The translations under genes were made by a program, and so were the position numbers. 64,000 nucleotides of DNA. Origin: an uncultured Flavobacteriaceae bacterium (GTDB taxonomy: Bacteria > Bacteroidota > Bacteroidia > Flavobacteriales > Flavobacteriaceae). The stretch is from the NCBI GenBank assembly GCA_943789465.1, contig CALSUF010000002.1, positions 631,952 to 695,951 of the forward strand, given 5' to 3'. The notes under the pieces are model-generated. The model worked only from the letters and a program-made list of their open reading frames with translations, did not search any database and was not told the DNA's origin. Shown in pieces: positions 47,607 to 57,506 of the stretch. Numbering within the stretch: the first letter of the stretch is position 1; every line of letters begins with the position of its first letter.

Positions 47607-49664
47607 CTAGAAAGACCTTATAGCCCTAACCTTGATTCCTTCAGCGGTATCTTTTGGTTTGAATTGATTGTAATTATTAGCATAATTACCTAAAACTTCT
47701 GCATACGCATTATCTGCATCATGTTCTGTAGAAGACCAATAATTATAAGCATATAAATTTGGCACTCCAGCTCCGGATGTTTTAATTAAATGTAATTCAT
47801 CTTTTGACGGCAAATACCAATCCCCATAATCAACTCCATTTTGTGTGTAACGATATTCATTACATGCTCTGGCTGCAAAATTATTTCCATTGTTTGCAGC
47901 GGAAGCATGAGCAGCAATTATAATAGCAGTATTCATTTTGCCAGCATATATCCCATTACTCTGAGCTAGCGTTTCCAAATTTAATCCATTTGATGCAGTT
48001 CCAGCATTCCAATCCATAACTAACGACCCACCTGAATCTTCAACTGCAACAACCAAACCATGTTGTCCAGTTGCATCTACCCAAAATACTTTTCCACCTT
48101 GAGCAGTATCACCAACATTATACGTTGTAGCCCCACTAGATGGAGTTGTCCACGAAAGTGTTCCGGAACCATCTGTTGCTAAAACCTGTCCATTTTCTCC
48201 ATCTGTATTTGGATAGGTATTTCCACTTGCAATTAAAGTTGGAATGGTTACCGTCCCTGTAAAGGCTGGCGAAGCAATATTAGCTTTTAAATCGATTGCT
48301 GTATTTTGAGCAATTTGCTCCGAAGTAATCGTAGATAATGAACTAGTAGCTAAAGAACTTACAGCACGTACTGCACGCACATAAAAAGAAGCATTCGTAT
48401 CGATGTAATACTGACTACCATTAGCAAAATGCTGGTATGCAGCGACATTGCTACCAGACTGCGTAGAAGTCCAATAGTAACCATTTGTAAAACTAGCTGC
48501 ACCACCATTTTCAACAGCTTTAGTATTTATTGTTACTCTGTTTGTATATATATGATGTAACGCATCTTTTGAGGGTAAAAACCAATCTGTAAAACCGCCA
48601 CCATTATGAGCTCTTGCTAAACCTGCTGCATAGTTGACTTCTGTTAGGCCTTGTGCACTTATAATAGCCGTTGTATTGGCTGCTCCAGTACCTATTGCGG
48701 TTCCTGATGCGCCTGTTACTGTATAAACACCATTGTACCACTGTATTCCTGTACTTTGGTTATCTACAGCACAAACAAGACCTTGAGTTGCATCATTTGG
48801 GTCTACCCAAAACACGATACCACCACCTATATAATCTCCTATTGTTAGTGACGGAGCTGCTTGATCGTTATTAATAATATCTGATAGAGCAGCAATTTCA
48901 CTTGTATCTGCATCTGCACCTGCTGGACCGATTGGACCTTGAGCGCCATCTGCACCTGCTGGGCCTGCAGCACCTATACTTCCTGTTGAACCTATTGGAC
49001 CCTGAGTACCAGTCTCGCCTTGTATTCCTTGGTCGCCTTGTACACCTTGAGCACCATCAGCTCCGTCTTGACCATCAACACCTGCTGGGCCTGGAGCACC
49101 TTGATTTCCTTGAGGACCTGCTGGACCGATTGGACCTGGAACTGTTGAGTCCGCGCCAACTGGACCTTGAACACCTTGATTTCCTGCTGGACCGATTGGA
49201 CCTTGAGCGCCATCTGCACCATCTGCACCTGCTAGGCCTGCAGCACCTATACTTCCTGTTGAACCTATTGGACCCTGAGTACCAGTCTCGCCTTGTATTC
49301 CTTGGTCGCCTTGTACACCTTGAGCACCATCAGCTCCGTCTTGACCATCAACACCTGCTGGGCCTGGAGCACCTTGATTTCCTTGAGGACCTGCTGGACC
49401 TGCTACTCCATCAATTTTTGTCCAAGCTGTTCCATTATAAAAATAAAACCCTGATATTTCATCTGTTTGATAAATCATTAACCCTGCCACTGGTGACACA
49501 ATTGCATCTCGCTGGGTTTCTTTCATTCTGGGAATTAAAATACCTCCTGTTGTGGATTCAATTTCTAATGCCGAAGAAGCATTTGGTGTATTGGTATTGA
49601 TACCAACCTGAGCGTAACTCGACGCTGTAAACAGCATGAGAGTGATTAAAGTAATTTTTCTCAT
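47607..49664 (-). CDS. Secreted collagen-like protein (paralog) with two C-terminal DUF1566 (Lcl-C-terminal-like) domains
   Basis: The same signal peptide and N-domain. Internally duplicated GXY block. C-terminal motifs DWFLPSKDALHHIY and DWYLPSKDELHLIK match the DUF1566 signature (W.LPt..EL..L) known from the Legionella collagen-like protein Lcl. Confidence 0.8.
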   Translation of the reverse strand: MRKITLITLMLFTASSYAQVGINTNTPNASSALEIESTTGGILIPRMKETQRDAIVSPVAGLMIYQTDEISGFYFYNGTAWTKIDGVAGPAGPQGNQGAPGPAGVDGQDGADGAQGVQGDQGIQGETGTQGPIGSTGSIGAAGLAGADGADGAQGPIGPAGNQGVQGPVGADSTVPGPIGPAGPQGNQGAPGPAGVDGQDGADGAQGVQGDQGIQGETGTQGPIGSTGSIGAAGPAGADGAQGPIGPAGADADTSEIAALSDIINNDQAAPSLTIGDYIGGGIVFWVDPNDATQGLVCAVDNQSTGIQWYNGVYTVTGASGTAIGTGAANTTAIISAQGLTEVNYAAGLARAHNGGGFTDWFLPSKDALHHIYTNRVTINTKAVENGGAASFTNGYYWTSTQSGSNVAAYQHFANGSQYYIDTNASFYVRAVRAVSSLATSSLSTITSEQIAQNTAIDLKANIASPAFTGTVTIPTLIASGNTYPNTDGENGQVLATDGSGTLSWTTPSSGATTYNVGDTAQGGKVFWVDATGQHGLVVAVEDSGGSLVMDWNAGTASNGLNLETLAQSNGIYAGKMNTAIIIAAHASAANNGNNFAARACNEYRYTQNGVDYGDWYLPSKDELHLIKTSGAGVPNLYAYNYWSSTEHDADNAYAEVLGNYANNYNQFKPKDTAEGIKVRAIRSF
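48950..49190. repeat. Copy of the shared about 240-bp collagen-coding tract (a second partial copy at about 49230..49400)
   Basis: See 38172..38410. Confidence 0.65.
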
Positions 49665-49800
49665 CTTATTTTTTTATGATTTTAAACGTTGAAATTTGGT
49701 TTTGTGTGTTTTTAAGTTCAGTAAATAAACTCCTGTAGGTAGGTCTGTAACATCCAGTTCTAAGGCATTTCACTCTAAAATATGATAGAATGCGAAATAA
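49665..49800 (-). pseudogene. Remnant of the 3' end of a T9SS C-terminal-domain gene (duplicate of the tail of 40357..41055), disrupted by a stop and a frameshift
   Basis: 49665..49790 is about 90% identical to 40357..40480. It translates (minus strand) to ...LE*NALELDVTDLPTGVYLLNL then goes out of frame, versus the intact ...LESNALELDVTDLPTGVYLLNLQNTKNQISTFKIIKK* upstream of the paralogous collagen gene. Confidence 0.5.
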
Positions 49801-49991
49801 TTTTAAACAACATTAGCTTTTAATTCAAAAGTAATAAAAAAATCAATACGAATAACGTGGATAGCGGGTTGTTTTTGATTTCCGTTGGATAAACTCTTAC
49901 ACTAAATAGAAACCTATTTTACTCGTTTGTTTATCGACAATACATCCAAAAACAGACAGTTATTATGGGCAACACTTTAAGTCTCATATGG

Positions 49992-52295
49992 CTACCAATA
50001 CAATCTAAACATAAGATTTGGAGTAATACCGGTTGAATACCGCTCGATAAGCTCAATGGGGTCATTAAGCGTATTATTTCCTCTATACTCCCTGCTTATC
50101 GGAGTGGCTCGGTTGTAAACATTTCTTATTGACAATCCGACTTTACCTCTAAAATCACTGACATCACTAAATCTAAAATCATAAGTAGAAGAGAAATCTA
50201 ATCTATGATAAATAGGTAATTCTCCAGTATTTACCCCGTTAGTAAATGTCAATACATCATCAACTTCTTGAGTAATGGTAAAGGGCTTTCCTGTTTGCCA
50301 TTTCCAACCTAAAGACAACTGAAGTCCTCTTATCTTGTAGCTTAAAGCTGTAGAAATCGCATGCGAAATATTAGATTTAGATCTAAATTCTTGATTATTA
50401 TTTAACCCGTTAAACATACTTCTTGAGTTGTTGTAAGAGTAACTAAACCAAGAATTAAAGCGGTTCAATTGTTTTTTAAAAAACACATCCACACCAAATA
50501 CGTTTTGCTCTCCAATATTAAAATTACTATTCTCAGGGTTTAAAAAACCAAGAGATAAAGCGGTTATATTTTTTAGTTTTTTATAGTAACTGTCAATATC
50601 TACATTGAACCCATTAAAGGAATATAAAAATCCAGCAGACACTTGTTGACCGTTCATTATAGGAAAGTCATCACCATCCGAAAGCCTCCAAACTCTATTT
50701 TCTAATGATAAGTTACTAAGTAACGTTTCGTCTATTTCACTTATGACCTGGTTTTTTATTTCTCCACTAATTTGAAGGCTTAAATGGGGAGAAATTAATT
50801 TTTGTAGCAAAAGTCTTGGTTCAAAACGCACAGCATCTAATTCTTTAAAATAAGAACCACGTAAACCTATATCAATAGAAAACAAGTTTGAATTGGAGTA
50901 GTTGTATTGACCATATATACTGTGGTTTTGTACAATACGTTTTTCTGAATCTAAAATAAAATTAAGGTCTGAAGAACTTAAAAATGCATAAGCCACATCC
51001 TTAAGTGCATATTGGTAACCTACATTATAACTATTATTGTCCTCTGTCAAAAAAGTCAGTTCTGTTGAAACCCCAGAATCAATTATAGTATTTCGTTTTT
51101 CAAATTCAGAGATTACTTCTCCGAATTCTTGGGTTATAAAATTGTAGTCTAAGCTATAATTAGAAAAATAGAATCTTGTGTTTTGCACTAGATTGTCATT
51201 CCAGATAAAATCCCAACCAGCTCCGTAGCCTATATTATTTGTTACTAATTGATCTGTAAAAATTTTATCCTCATCTCTTTCAGAAACATCATGATCTAAT
51301 TGATTGTCAATAGAAATAATACTTGCAAAAAGTGTATTTTTAGAATCCGGTTTGTAATTTATTTTAAAATTATAATCAAGGAAAGAAAACTCATTAGTAC
51401 CATTTTCAAAACTATTAATCTTAGTGCTTTCAAATACTTTATCTGAAAATTGATTAAATGTTGGGGTCTCAAAAATATCCACATAGCTTCGTCTCACAGA
51501 AGATTGCAAGCTTAATTTATCCTTTATAAGTGGTAAAAACAAAACTGCATCAGCATTTATACCATTAACTCCAACTTGGGCTTTTAATTCATTTTCTATT
51601 GATGAACTAGAGACAACATCTATAACGCTAGACAGGCGTTCGCCATATTTAGCATGTGTTCCTTTATTTATAAAGGAGATTGACGATGCTACATTTGGAT
51701 TGATCGGAGAAATCATCCCAAACAAATGTCCTTTGTGATATAAATTAATACCATCCCAAATTACTCTGTTTTGATCTGAAGCCCCACCCCTAATAAAAAA
51801 TCCAGTGGCTGTTTCATTTGGACTCAATACCCCTGGCAACAATTGTATACTTTCTAAAACATCTGGCTCGGTTAACCCTGGAAGAATACCAAGTTTAGAT
51901 GGATATAACTTAAACGAACCATCATTATTTTTTACAATGCCCTTTGTTAAATAACTTTTTAGTGTAATTTTTTCTAAAGTTTGAATACTGGTTGTTGTTG
52001 CTACTGTGTTGGCATTTATTATTACATAACGATTTTTTATAATGGAATAGTTTAGTTCAAGACGCTTGGAAATTTCATCTAAAACCTCTGTTAATGTCCT
52101 GTTTTTTCCGCTTAGTGATATACGCTTTCCAGATATAAAATCATCGTTGTAAGAAAACAAAACATTGCGTGTAGATTCAATCTTCTCAAAAGCATCTGCC
52201 AGAGTTTCATCATTCAGTTCTATGTAAAAAGCCTCTTCTTGAGAAAAGGCTATAAATGGAAATGTCATTAAAACAAAGGCATAGATTAACCTCAT
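49992..52295 (-). CDS. TonB-dependent transducer (FecA-type receptor with N-terminal STN signalling domain)
   Basis: Signal peptide. STN-like N-domain (AFYIELNDETLADAFEKIESTRNVLFSYND). Plug motif DVLESIQLLPGV. 22-strand barrel ending ...NLMFRLYW. Confidence 0.8.
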   Translation of the reverse strand: MRLIYAFVLMTFPFIAFSQEEAFYIELNDETLADAFEKIESTRNVLFSYNDDFISGKRISLSGKNRTLTEVLDEISKRLELNYSIIKNRYVIINANTVATTTSIQTLEKITLKSYLTKGIVKNNDGSFKLYPSKLGILPGLTEPDVLESIQLLPGVLSPNETATGFFIRGGASDQNRVIWDGINLYHKGHLFGMISPINPNVASSISFINKGTHAKYGERLSSVIDVVSSSSIENELKAQVGVNGINADAVLFLPLIKDKLSLQSSVRRSYVDIFETPTFNQFSDKVFESTKINSFENGTNEFSFLDYNFKINYKPDSKNTLFASIISIDNQLDHDVSERDEDKIFTDQLVTNNIGYGAGWDFIWNDNLVQNTRFYFSNYSLDYNFITQEFGEVISEFEKRNTIIDSGVSTELTFLTEDNNSYNVGYQYALKDVAYAFLSSSDLNFILDSEKRIVQNHSIYGQYNYSNSNLFSIDIGLRGSYFKELDAVRFEPRLLLQKLISPHLSLQISGEIKNQVISEIDETLLSNLSLENRVWRLSDGDDFPIMNGQQVSAGFLYSFNGFNVDIDSYYKKLKNITALSLGFLNPENSNFNIGEQNVFGVDVFFKKQLNRFNSWFSYSYNNSRSMFNGLNNNQEFRSKSNISHAISTALSYKIRGLQLSLGWKWQTGKPFTITQEVDDVLTFTNGVNTGELPIYHRLDFSSTYDFRFSDVSDFRGKVGLSIRNVYNRATPISREYRGNNTLNDPIELIERYSTGITPNLMFRLYW

Positions 52296-52297
52296 TC

Positions 52298-53242
52298 TTA
52301 GTATCTAAGTTTTATATTACGATTTTCTTTTTCAGTATAGCTAATGTCTAAAGCATCAAAAACTGTTGTTAAAGCTATATCGAGATTTCCATGAGGAAAA
52401 CCTCCAGAAAAAATAGTAGTCTCATCGATCTCTTGGGTATTAAATTTGATGTCATATTTATCCTCTAAAGCAGTAATAACATATTTTAATGGGACGCTCT
52501 TAAATGTACTTTCACCGTCTAACCAAGTTGGACTCACTTCCTTAAATATATTGGGTTCTAACTTATATCCAATAATTTTTCTAATGGACTGTGTTGGTAG
52601 GAGTATATGTTCGGTATCAGCTATTTTAACCGACACTTTTCCATGATAGCAAACCACCTCAAAAAAGTCATCGGTAGATTTCACATTAAACTGTGTTCCT
52701 AAAACAGTAACTGAACCATTAGCTGTACGAACAGTAAAGGTTTTTCCCTTAGCAACTTTAAAATAAGCTTCACCATTTAAATCTACAGTCCTATTTTCTA
52801 TCCATTGCTTTGGAGTGTAAGCAATAGTAGATTTAGAGTTTAATGTAACTTCAGAGCCATCTATGAGTTCATGGACTGTGGCAGTTCCGTATCCCGATTC
52901 AACAACTAATTGGTCGCTATCTAAAAACATAAACAAACCAAACAACGTTAAAATTGATGCAGCAACTCCAACAAACCAAGTTGTATTTAGAGTTCTTGTT
53001 TTTGGTTGTAAACCTGCAATTTTATGATTTAATTTTTCAAAACATTGGTCAGTAGGACCATTAAGTTTTTCATTAATTTCTATCCCTCTCCTCAATTTTA
53101 AATAAGCATTAAAATCTTTTTGACTAACTAACTCCTCTAACTGAGAATCTGTGAGTTCACCCTCTAGCCATTGAGCCAAGTATCTTTCTGAGGTAATATG
53201 TGCTTCTTGATTTTCCATATACTTATTGTTATGACAACTCAA
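52298..53242 (-). CDS. FecR-family anti-sigma factor (TM + periplasmic FecR domain)
   Basis: Cytoplasmic N-domain, TM segment FVGVAASILTLFGLFMFL and FecR domain (LIDGSEVTLNSKSTIAY...VDLNGEAYFKVAKGKTFTVRTANGSVTVLGTQFNV). 2-nt gap to the transducer gene. Confidence 0.8.
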   Translation of the reverse strand: MSCHNNKYMENQEAHITSERYLAQWLEGELTDSQLEELVSQKDFNAYLKLRRGIEINEKLNGPTDQCFEKLNHKIAGLQPKTRTLNTTWFVGVAASILTLFGLFMFLDSDQLVVESGYGTATVHELIDGSEVTLNSKSTIAYTPKQWIENRTVDLNGEAYFKVAKGKTFTVRTANGSVTVLGTQFNVKSTDDFFEVVCYHGKVSVKIADTEHILLPTQSIRKIIGYKLEPNIFKEVSPTWLDGESTFKSVPLKYVITALEDKYDIKFNTQEIDETTIFSGGFPHGNLDIALTTVFDALDISYTEKENRNIKLRY

Positions 53243-53286
53243 TTTAAAAAAACCCTACTTTTTTTTTAAATTAATTTTTTAAATGA

Positions 53287-53802
53287 TTAAATGTTACCTA
53301 TTTCCTGACGCATAGTTACTAAAGCCTGATGCATGCGCTTCTCTACAGCTTTTACAGAAATATTCAGTTGTACTGCAATTTCTTTATACTTTTTCTTTTC
53401 TATGCGACTTAATAAAAAAACTTCTCGTTGTTTTTCAGGAAGTCTAGCAATAGTAATCTCTAATTTTTCTAAAAATTCTTTCTCTAGTAAAATAAATTCT
53501 GGAGATTCGTTCGTCGATTCTTTTTTATGGTGTTGTTTATAGTTTTGTACTACCTTAAGATGTTTCACCTGATTTAAAAATACATTATTTGCAATACTGT
53601 ATAGGTAGCTCTTTACCTTATCAAAACTTACATTTGAGCAATTATTCCATAGTTTTACAAATACATCTTGTAGGATATCTTCAGCTGCTTGAATATCTTG
53701 TGTTTTAAAAAATAAAAAACTTCTAATGTCCTTAGCATAGGTTTTGAATATAACTTCAAAAGTTTTTGAATCACATATATTTTGTTTTCTTCCAGACATC
53801 AT
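53287..53802 (-). CDS. ECF-type RNA polymerase sigma-70 factor
   Basis: Region 2 (EDILQDVFVKLWNN) and region 4 HTH (LPEKQREVFLLSRIEKKKYKEIAVQLNISVKAVEKRMHQAL). Confidence 0.85.
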   Translation of the reverse strand: MMSGRKQNICDSKTFEVIFKTYAKDIRSFLFFKTQDIQAAEDILQDVFVKLWNNCSNVSFDKVKSYLYSIANNVFLNQVKHLKVVQNYKQHHKKESTNESPEFILLEKEFLEKLEITIARLPEKQREVFLLSRIEKKKYKEIAVQLNISVKAVEKRMHQALVTMRQEIGNI

Positions 53803-53928
53803 ACCATTCTATTTATGCAACAAAACTATAAAAAAAATAATTTTAAAAAAAAGTAGGGTATTTTGTAAGTCAATTGTCTTACTAATAATTAATCGAGATT
53901 TAACGAGTTAAATTAAACAATTGAAACA

Positions 53929-55464
53929 ATGAAAAATTTAAAAATTACTTTATTTAGCATCCTTTCGACGCTTATTTTATTTACTTCGTGTACTAATAAC
54001 GAACCAGTAGATGTCACTCAACCAAATACAGAAGAAAGTCAGTCTATTACTACAGTATTAGATCAACTTAGCCGTCAGTTTGACACTGATGGAAATTTAA
54101 ACTCCAGTTTAAATCCCTCTGGAAATGTTGTCTTTGACTTCTGCTTTAACTTTACATATCCTTTAGACTTATCCTATAACAACGGCGCAACAGTTAACGT
54201 GAATGGATTAAACGAATTAATACAAATATTAGTGAATTCAACCCCTGAATTATACATCAGTGGTATTGCTCTTCCACTTGATGTAGAGGTCTACAATGAA
54301 AACACTAATGCCATAGAAATTGTGACTATTAGCAATGAACAAGATTTTGAGAGTTTACTAGAAGATTGTGAATTTGATGAGGAAGATACTTGCCAGTGTT
54401 ATGAAATTTATGAGCCAGTATGTGTAGAAATAAACCATCCTAATGGAGAGTCCTTCATGGTTACTTATCCTAATGATTGTTATGCCCAGTGTGATGGTTT
54501 TGATAGTGATGATATAATTGAAGATTGTGGTGATGATTATAACTCTGATGATTTCTATTGTTTTGAACTTAATTTTCCTTTTTCTATTACCACTGATAAC
54601 GGTGAGGTTATAGAAATAAACTCTGAAGATGAGTTAAATACAGTACTTTATGATGTTTATTTTTATGATCTGGTATATCCTTTTTCAATAACATTATTAG
54701 AAAATGATCAAGACGAAACCATAACTATAAATAATGATGCAGAATTTGAAATTATTTTAGAAAACTGTTATGATGATGACAATGGCAACGATGATGACGA
54801 TGATGACGATAATGAATTCGACTGTACAACAGATGAAATCTCTACTCTTTTAGTGAATTGTTTGTGGAAAATTGATTTCATTGATTTTAATGAATATATC
54901 TACAACTTTAACGCTGACAGTACATTCACATTACATTCTGAAGGCAATCTTCTTAGTATTGGAGCATGGACTTTAAATGCTATCGACAACGCGTATATTA
55001 TTACTTTAAATGCTCAATTACCAATGTATAATGATCAATGGATAATTACTGATTGTGATGATGAAAACTTAACGATTGACAGTTTAGAATATCCACAAGC
55101 TATTATTTACTCCATATTTTGTAATGACAATGACAATGGTAACAACACCCTGGACTGTACAATAGAAGAAGGTATTGGAAACATTTTAACTCAATGTCCA
55201 TGGATCATCGAATTCTTAGGTTCTGATCAATATATCTATACCTTTAATACTAATGGATCATATGAATTGTCAACTGCAAATAACATTGTTACAACTGGAA
55301 CATGGAGTATTACCACGAATGAAAATACTTTTTATATTGTTATAAACGCAGCATCTAGTGAATTGAATGATGAATGGATCATGACTAATTGTAATGAAGG
55401 TAGCATAGAATTTGAAAGCCTGGAGTTCCCTCAAGCTGATATATATGTAATTGATTGTGATTAA
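53929..55464 (+). CDS. Acidic lipoprotein with poly-Asp tract and a tandemly duplicated about 100-aa Cys-containing domain
   Basis: Lipobox LILFTSC. DDDNGNDDDDDDDNEFDC. Two homologous modules (DCTTDEISTLLVNCLWKIDFIDFNEYIYNFNADSTF...DC and DCTIEEGIGNILTQCPWIIEFLGSDQYIYTFNTNGSY...DC). Confidence 0.6.
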   Translation: MKNLKITLFSILSTLILFTSCTNNEPVDVTQPNTEESQSITTVLDQLSRQFDTDGNLNSSLNPSGNVVFDFCFNFTYPLDLSYNNGATVNVNGLNELIQILVNSTPELYISGIALPLDVEVYNENTNAIEIVTISNEQDFESLLEDCEFDEEDTCQCYEIYEPVCVEINHPNGESFMVTYPNDCYAQCDGFDSDDIIEDCGDDYNSDDFYCFELNFPFSITTDNGEVIEINSEDELNTVLYDVYFYDLVYPFSITLLENDQDETITINNDAEFEIILENCYDDDNGNDDDDDDDNEFDCTTDEISTLLVNCLWKIDFIDFNEYIYNFNADSTFTLHSEGNLLSIGAWTLNAIDNAYIITLNAQLPMYNDQWIITDCDDENLTIDSLEYPQAIIYSIFCNDNDNGNNTLDCTIEEGIGNILTQCPWIIEFLGSDQYIYTFNTNGSYELSTANNIVTTGTWSITTNENTFYIVINAASSELNDEWIMTNCNEGSIEFESLEFPQADIYVIDCD

Positions 55465-55483
55465 TTAATAACTAAAATAGTAT

Positions 55484-55514
55484 AAAGACCCTTTTTTAAA
55501 GGGTCTTTTTTTTT
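55484..55514 (+). terminator. Intrinsic terminator: stem aaagaccc/gggtcttt, loop ttttttaaa, then T9
   Basis: aaagacccttttttaaagggtcttttttttt lies 20 nt past the stop of 53929..55464. Confidence 0.7.
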
Positions 55515-55669
55515 ATCAAGATTCAGTCAACACTAAAGCCTATAAACGGAAACAAGTTCCTATAATCTAAAAACAACTTACCACTCTTCAAGACTTCAAA
55601 AAATGTATTCAAAATAAATTGATTTCAATATAAAACTAATTACATTTGAGATATAAACCAATTTAACTA

Positions 55670-57427
55670 ATGAAAAAGCTACTCCTAATTTCTGTTTTTT
55701 TAGCCTTCACTTGTTATTTTGAAATGAACGCGCAAAACCAAAAACATACATCAAATACAGTTTTATCAAATATTTCTAAAGACAGACCCGCAGATTTTAT
55801 GTATTTATCTGCGCCAGATTCAACTGGGTACAGAAGGCCCTTAAAAACCCCTAAAATATCTGATGTACAGAGAAGAACAAATGGTATTTCTGAGCTTCCC
55901 TATCCAATAATTTTCATACATGGTTTGAATTCTAATTTCGAAACGTGGTTGGAAATGTCAGAATGGATGGATACCCAATTTAATCTAAGTTATGGAGGGC
56001 GTTTAGATTATTGTTTAGACTATGACAATAGCTTGTATACTGCAAATACAAATATTTATAATTCTGATGGAGATGGATCAGACATTGTTAGGTTTGAATA
56101 TTCTTTAAATCCATATGGTGATTATTTTTTTTTAAATTTTGATATCGGTAACGATGGTTCCTATGCACCTATAATCGGAAGTAATGAAAATGTTTACAGC
56201 AATCAAGCTGCCATAGTAAAACAAGGAGTTGCAGTCAGAGACGCAATTGAGGTAATTCTGAACGAAACCGGAAAATCAAAAGTAATTTTGTTTGGTCATA
56301 GTATGGGCGGTCTAGCAGCCAGAGAATACTTACAAAACTCCGTAAATTGGCAAAATGATGGAGAACATCACGTAGCCAAACTTATTACAACCGGGAGCCC
56401 TCACGGAGGTAGTAATTTTTCATTTGGCACCTTAAGCCTTCTTGCTGGAGTAAATGAATCCTCAGATGCTGTACGTGACTTACGTTCATCTTATTTTTGG
56501 AGTGGACAAGACGGTGTTTTCCTTAAGGGGGGTCTAGAAAGTTCATCGGTAATGTGGGACAGTTTATTTTTTTCTTTTTTCAATCTAGATGTAAATTGTG
56601 ACGGAATAATTTCACAAAACATCATTGGTTTAAATGAAAAAGAAAACCCTACAGATTTAGACTATTCATGCATAATTGGAGAATCTGATATAGTCGTTTC
56701 TGAGCAAGACGCTAATTTGTTTAATTTCATTCAACTGAATTCTAACTTACTTCAAAACCTTTTTTATTCAACAGCTGGCCATTTAGGTTTGACAAATCAA
56801 ACTTTTCAAAACATGCAAGGTTTAGATGAACCTAACGAATACAGTCTGAGTTATGAAATTGATTTAAATAAAAATTATATAGGATTTGTATCCCCACAAC
56901 CCGACGGTGGATATGATTCTGATTATGATGATTTCAAATTCACAATAACAGAAAATGGTATTTATGAACTCAAAGCCACTAATACTACATTTAACAACCT
57001 GAATTATTATATTTTAGATAGTGAGTTTAATATTTTATTCAGTGACATGATCAGCGAAGAATTTAATTCAGATTATAGCACTCAAATTTCGTTGAATAGC
57101 GGTCAATACTTTATAGAATTTGAAAGTAATTCACCATCCTCTTTAAGTACTTACAACTTTTCTATCGAAACCACTTTATCTAATAATGATAACGTTCTTG
57201 AGAACATAGTTTCAGTATACCCAAATCCAACGAATTCAATCACAAATATTGATTCCACAGAAATATTTAATCAAGCTGAAGTATACAATGTATTTGGTCA
57301 GAAAATAGTTTCAAAACTATTAGATTTAAATCAAAGATTAGATTTGAGTGAATTAAAACCAGGGTTTTACAATGTGGTATTGAAAAATAATCAGCAAATT
57401 AAAATTATAAAAATCATCAAAAAATAA
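55670..57427 (+). CDS. T9SS-secreted alpha/beta-hydrolase (lipase/esterase class) with Por C-terminal sorting domain
   Basis: Signal peptide. Oxyanion-region IIFIHGLNSNFETW. Nucleophile elbow FGHSMGG. C-terminus VYPNPTNSITNIDSTEIFNQAEVYNVFGQKIVSK...GFYNVVLKNNQQIKIIKIIKK. Confidence 0.8.
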   Translation: MKKLLLISVFLAFTCYFEMNAQNQKHTSNTVLSNISKDRPADFMYLSAPDSTGYRRPLKTPKISDVQRRTNGISELPYPIIFIHGLNSNFETWLEMSEWMDTQFNLSYGGRLDYCLDYDNSLYTANTNIYNSDGDGSDIVRFEYSLNPYGDYFFLNFDIGNDGSYAPIIGSNENVYSNQAAIVKQGVAVRDAIEVILNETGKSKVILFGHSMGGLAAREYLQNSVNWQNDGEHHVAKLITTGSPHGGSNFSFGTLSLLAGVNESSDAVRDLRSSYFWSGQDGVFLKGGLESSSVMWDSLFFSFFNLDVNCDGIISQNIIGLNEKENPTDLDYSCIIGESDIVVSEQDANLFNFIQLNSNLLQNLFYSTAGHLGLTNQTFQNMQGLDEPNEYSLSYEIDLNKNYIGFVSPQPDGGYDSDYDDFKFTITENGIYELKATNTTFNNLNYYILDSEFNILFSDMISEEFNSDYSTQISLNSGQYFIEFESNSPSSLSTYNFSIETTLSNNDNVLENIVSVYPNPTNSITNIDSTEIFNQAEVYNVFGQKIVSKLLDLNQRLDLSELKPGFYNVVLKNNQQIKIIKIIKK

Positions 57428-57506
57428 AAAACACAAAAAAGTAACATAAGAATCAAAAAAAGATATTTCATTTGAACCAGAAAAACAGGTTTAAGATCAT
57501 TACACT

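Noticed and set aside
37881-49600. His/Leu-rich plus-strand ORFs 37881..38600, 37960..38367, 39428..39754, 39815..40222, 48902..49600 (and the minus-strand ORF 48992..49228)
   Set aside because: The reverse-complement reading of GGX-CCX collagen codons produces long open L/H/D-rich frames. The opposite strand encodes bona fide signal-peptide-led collagen-like proteins.
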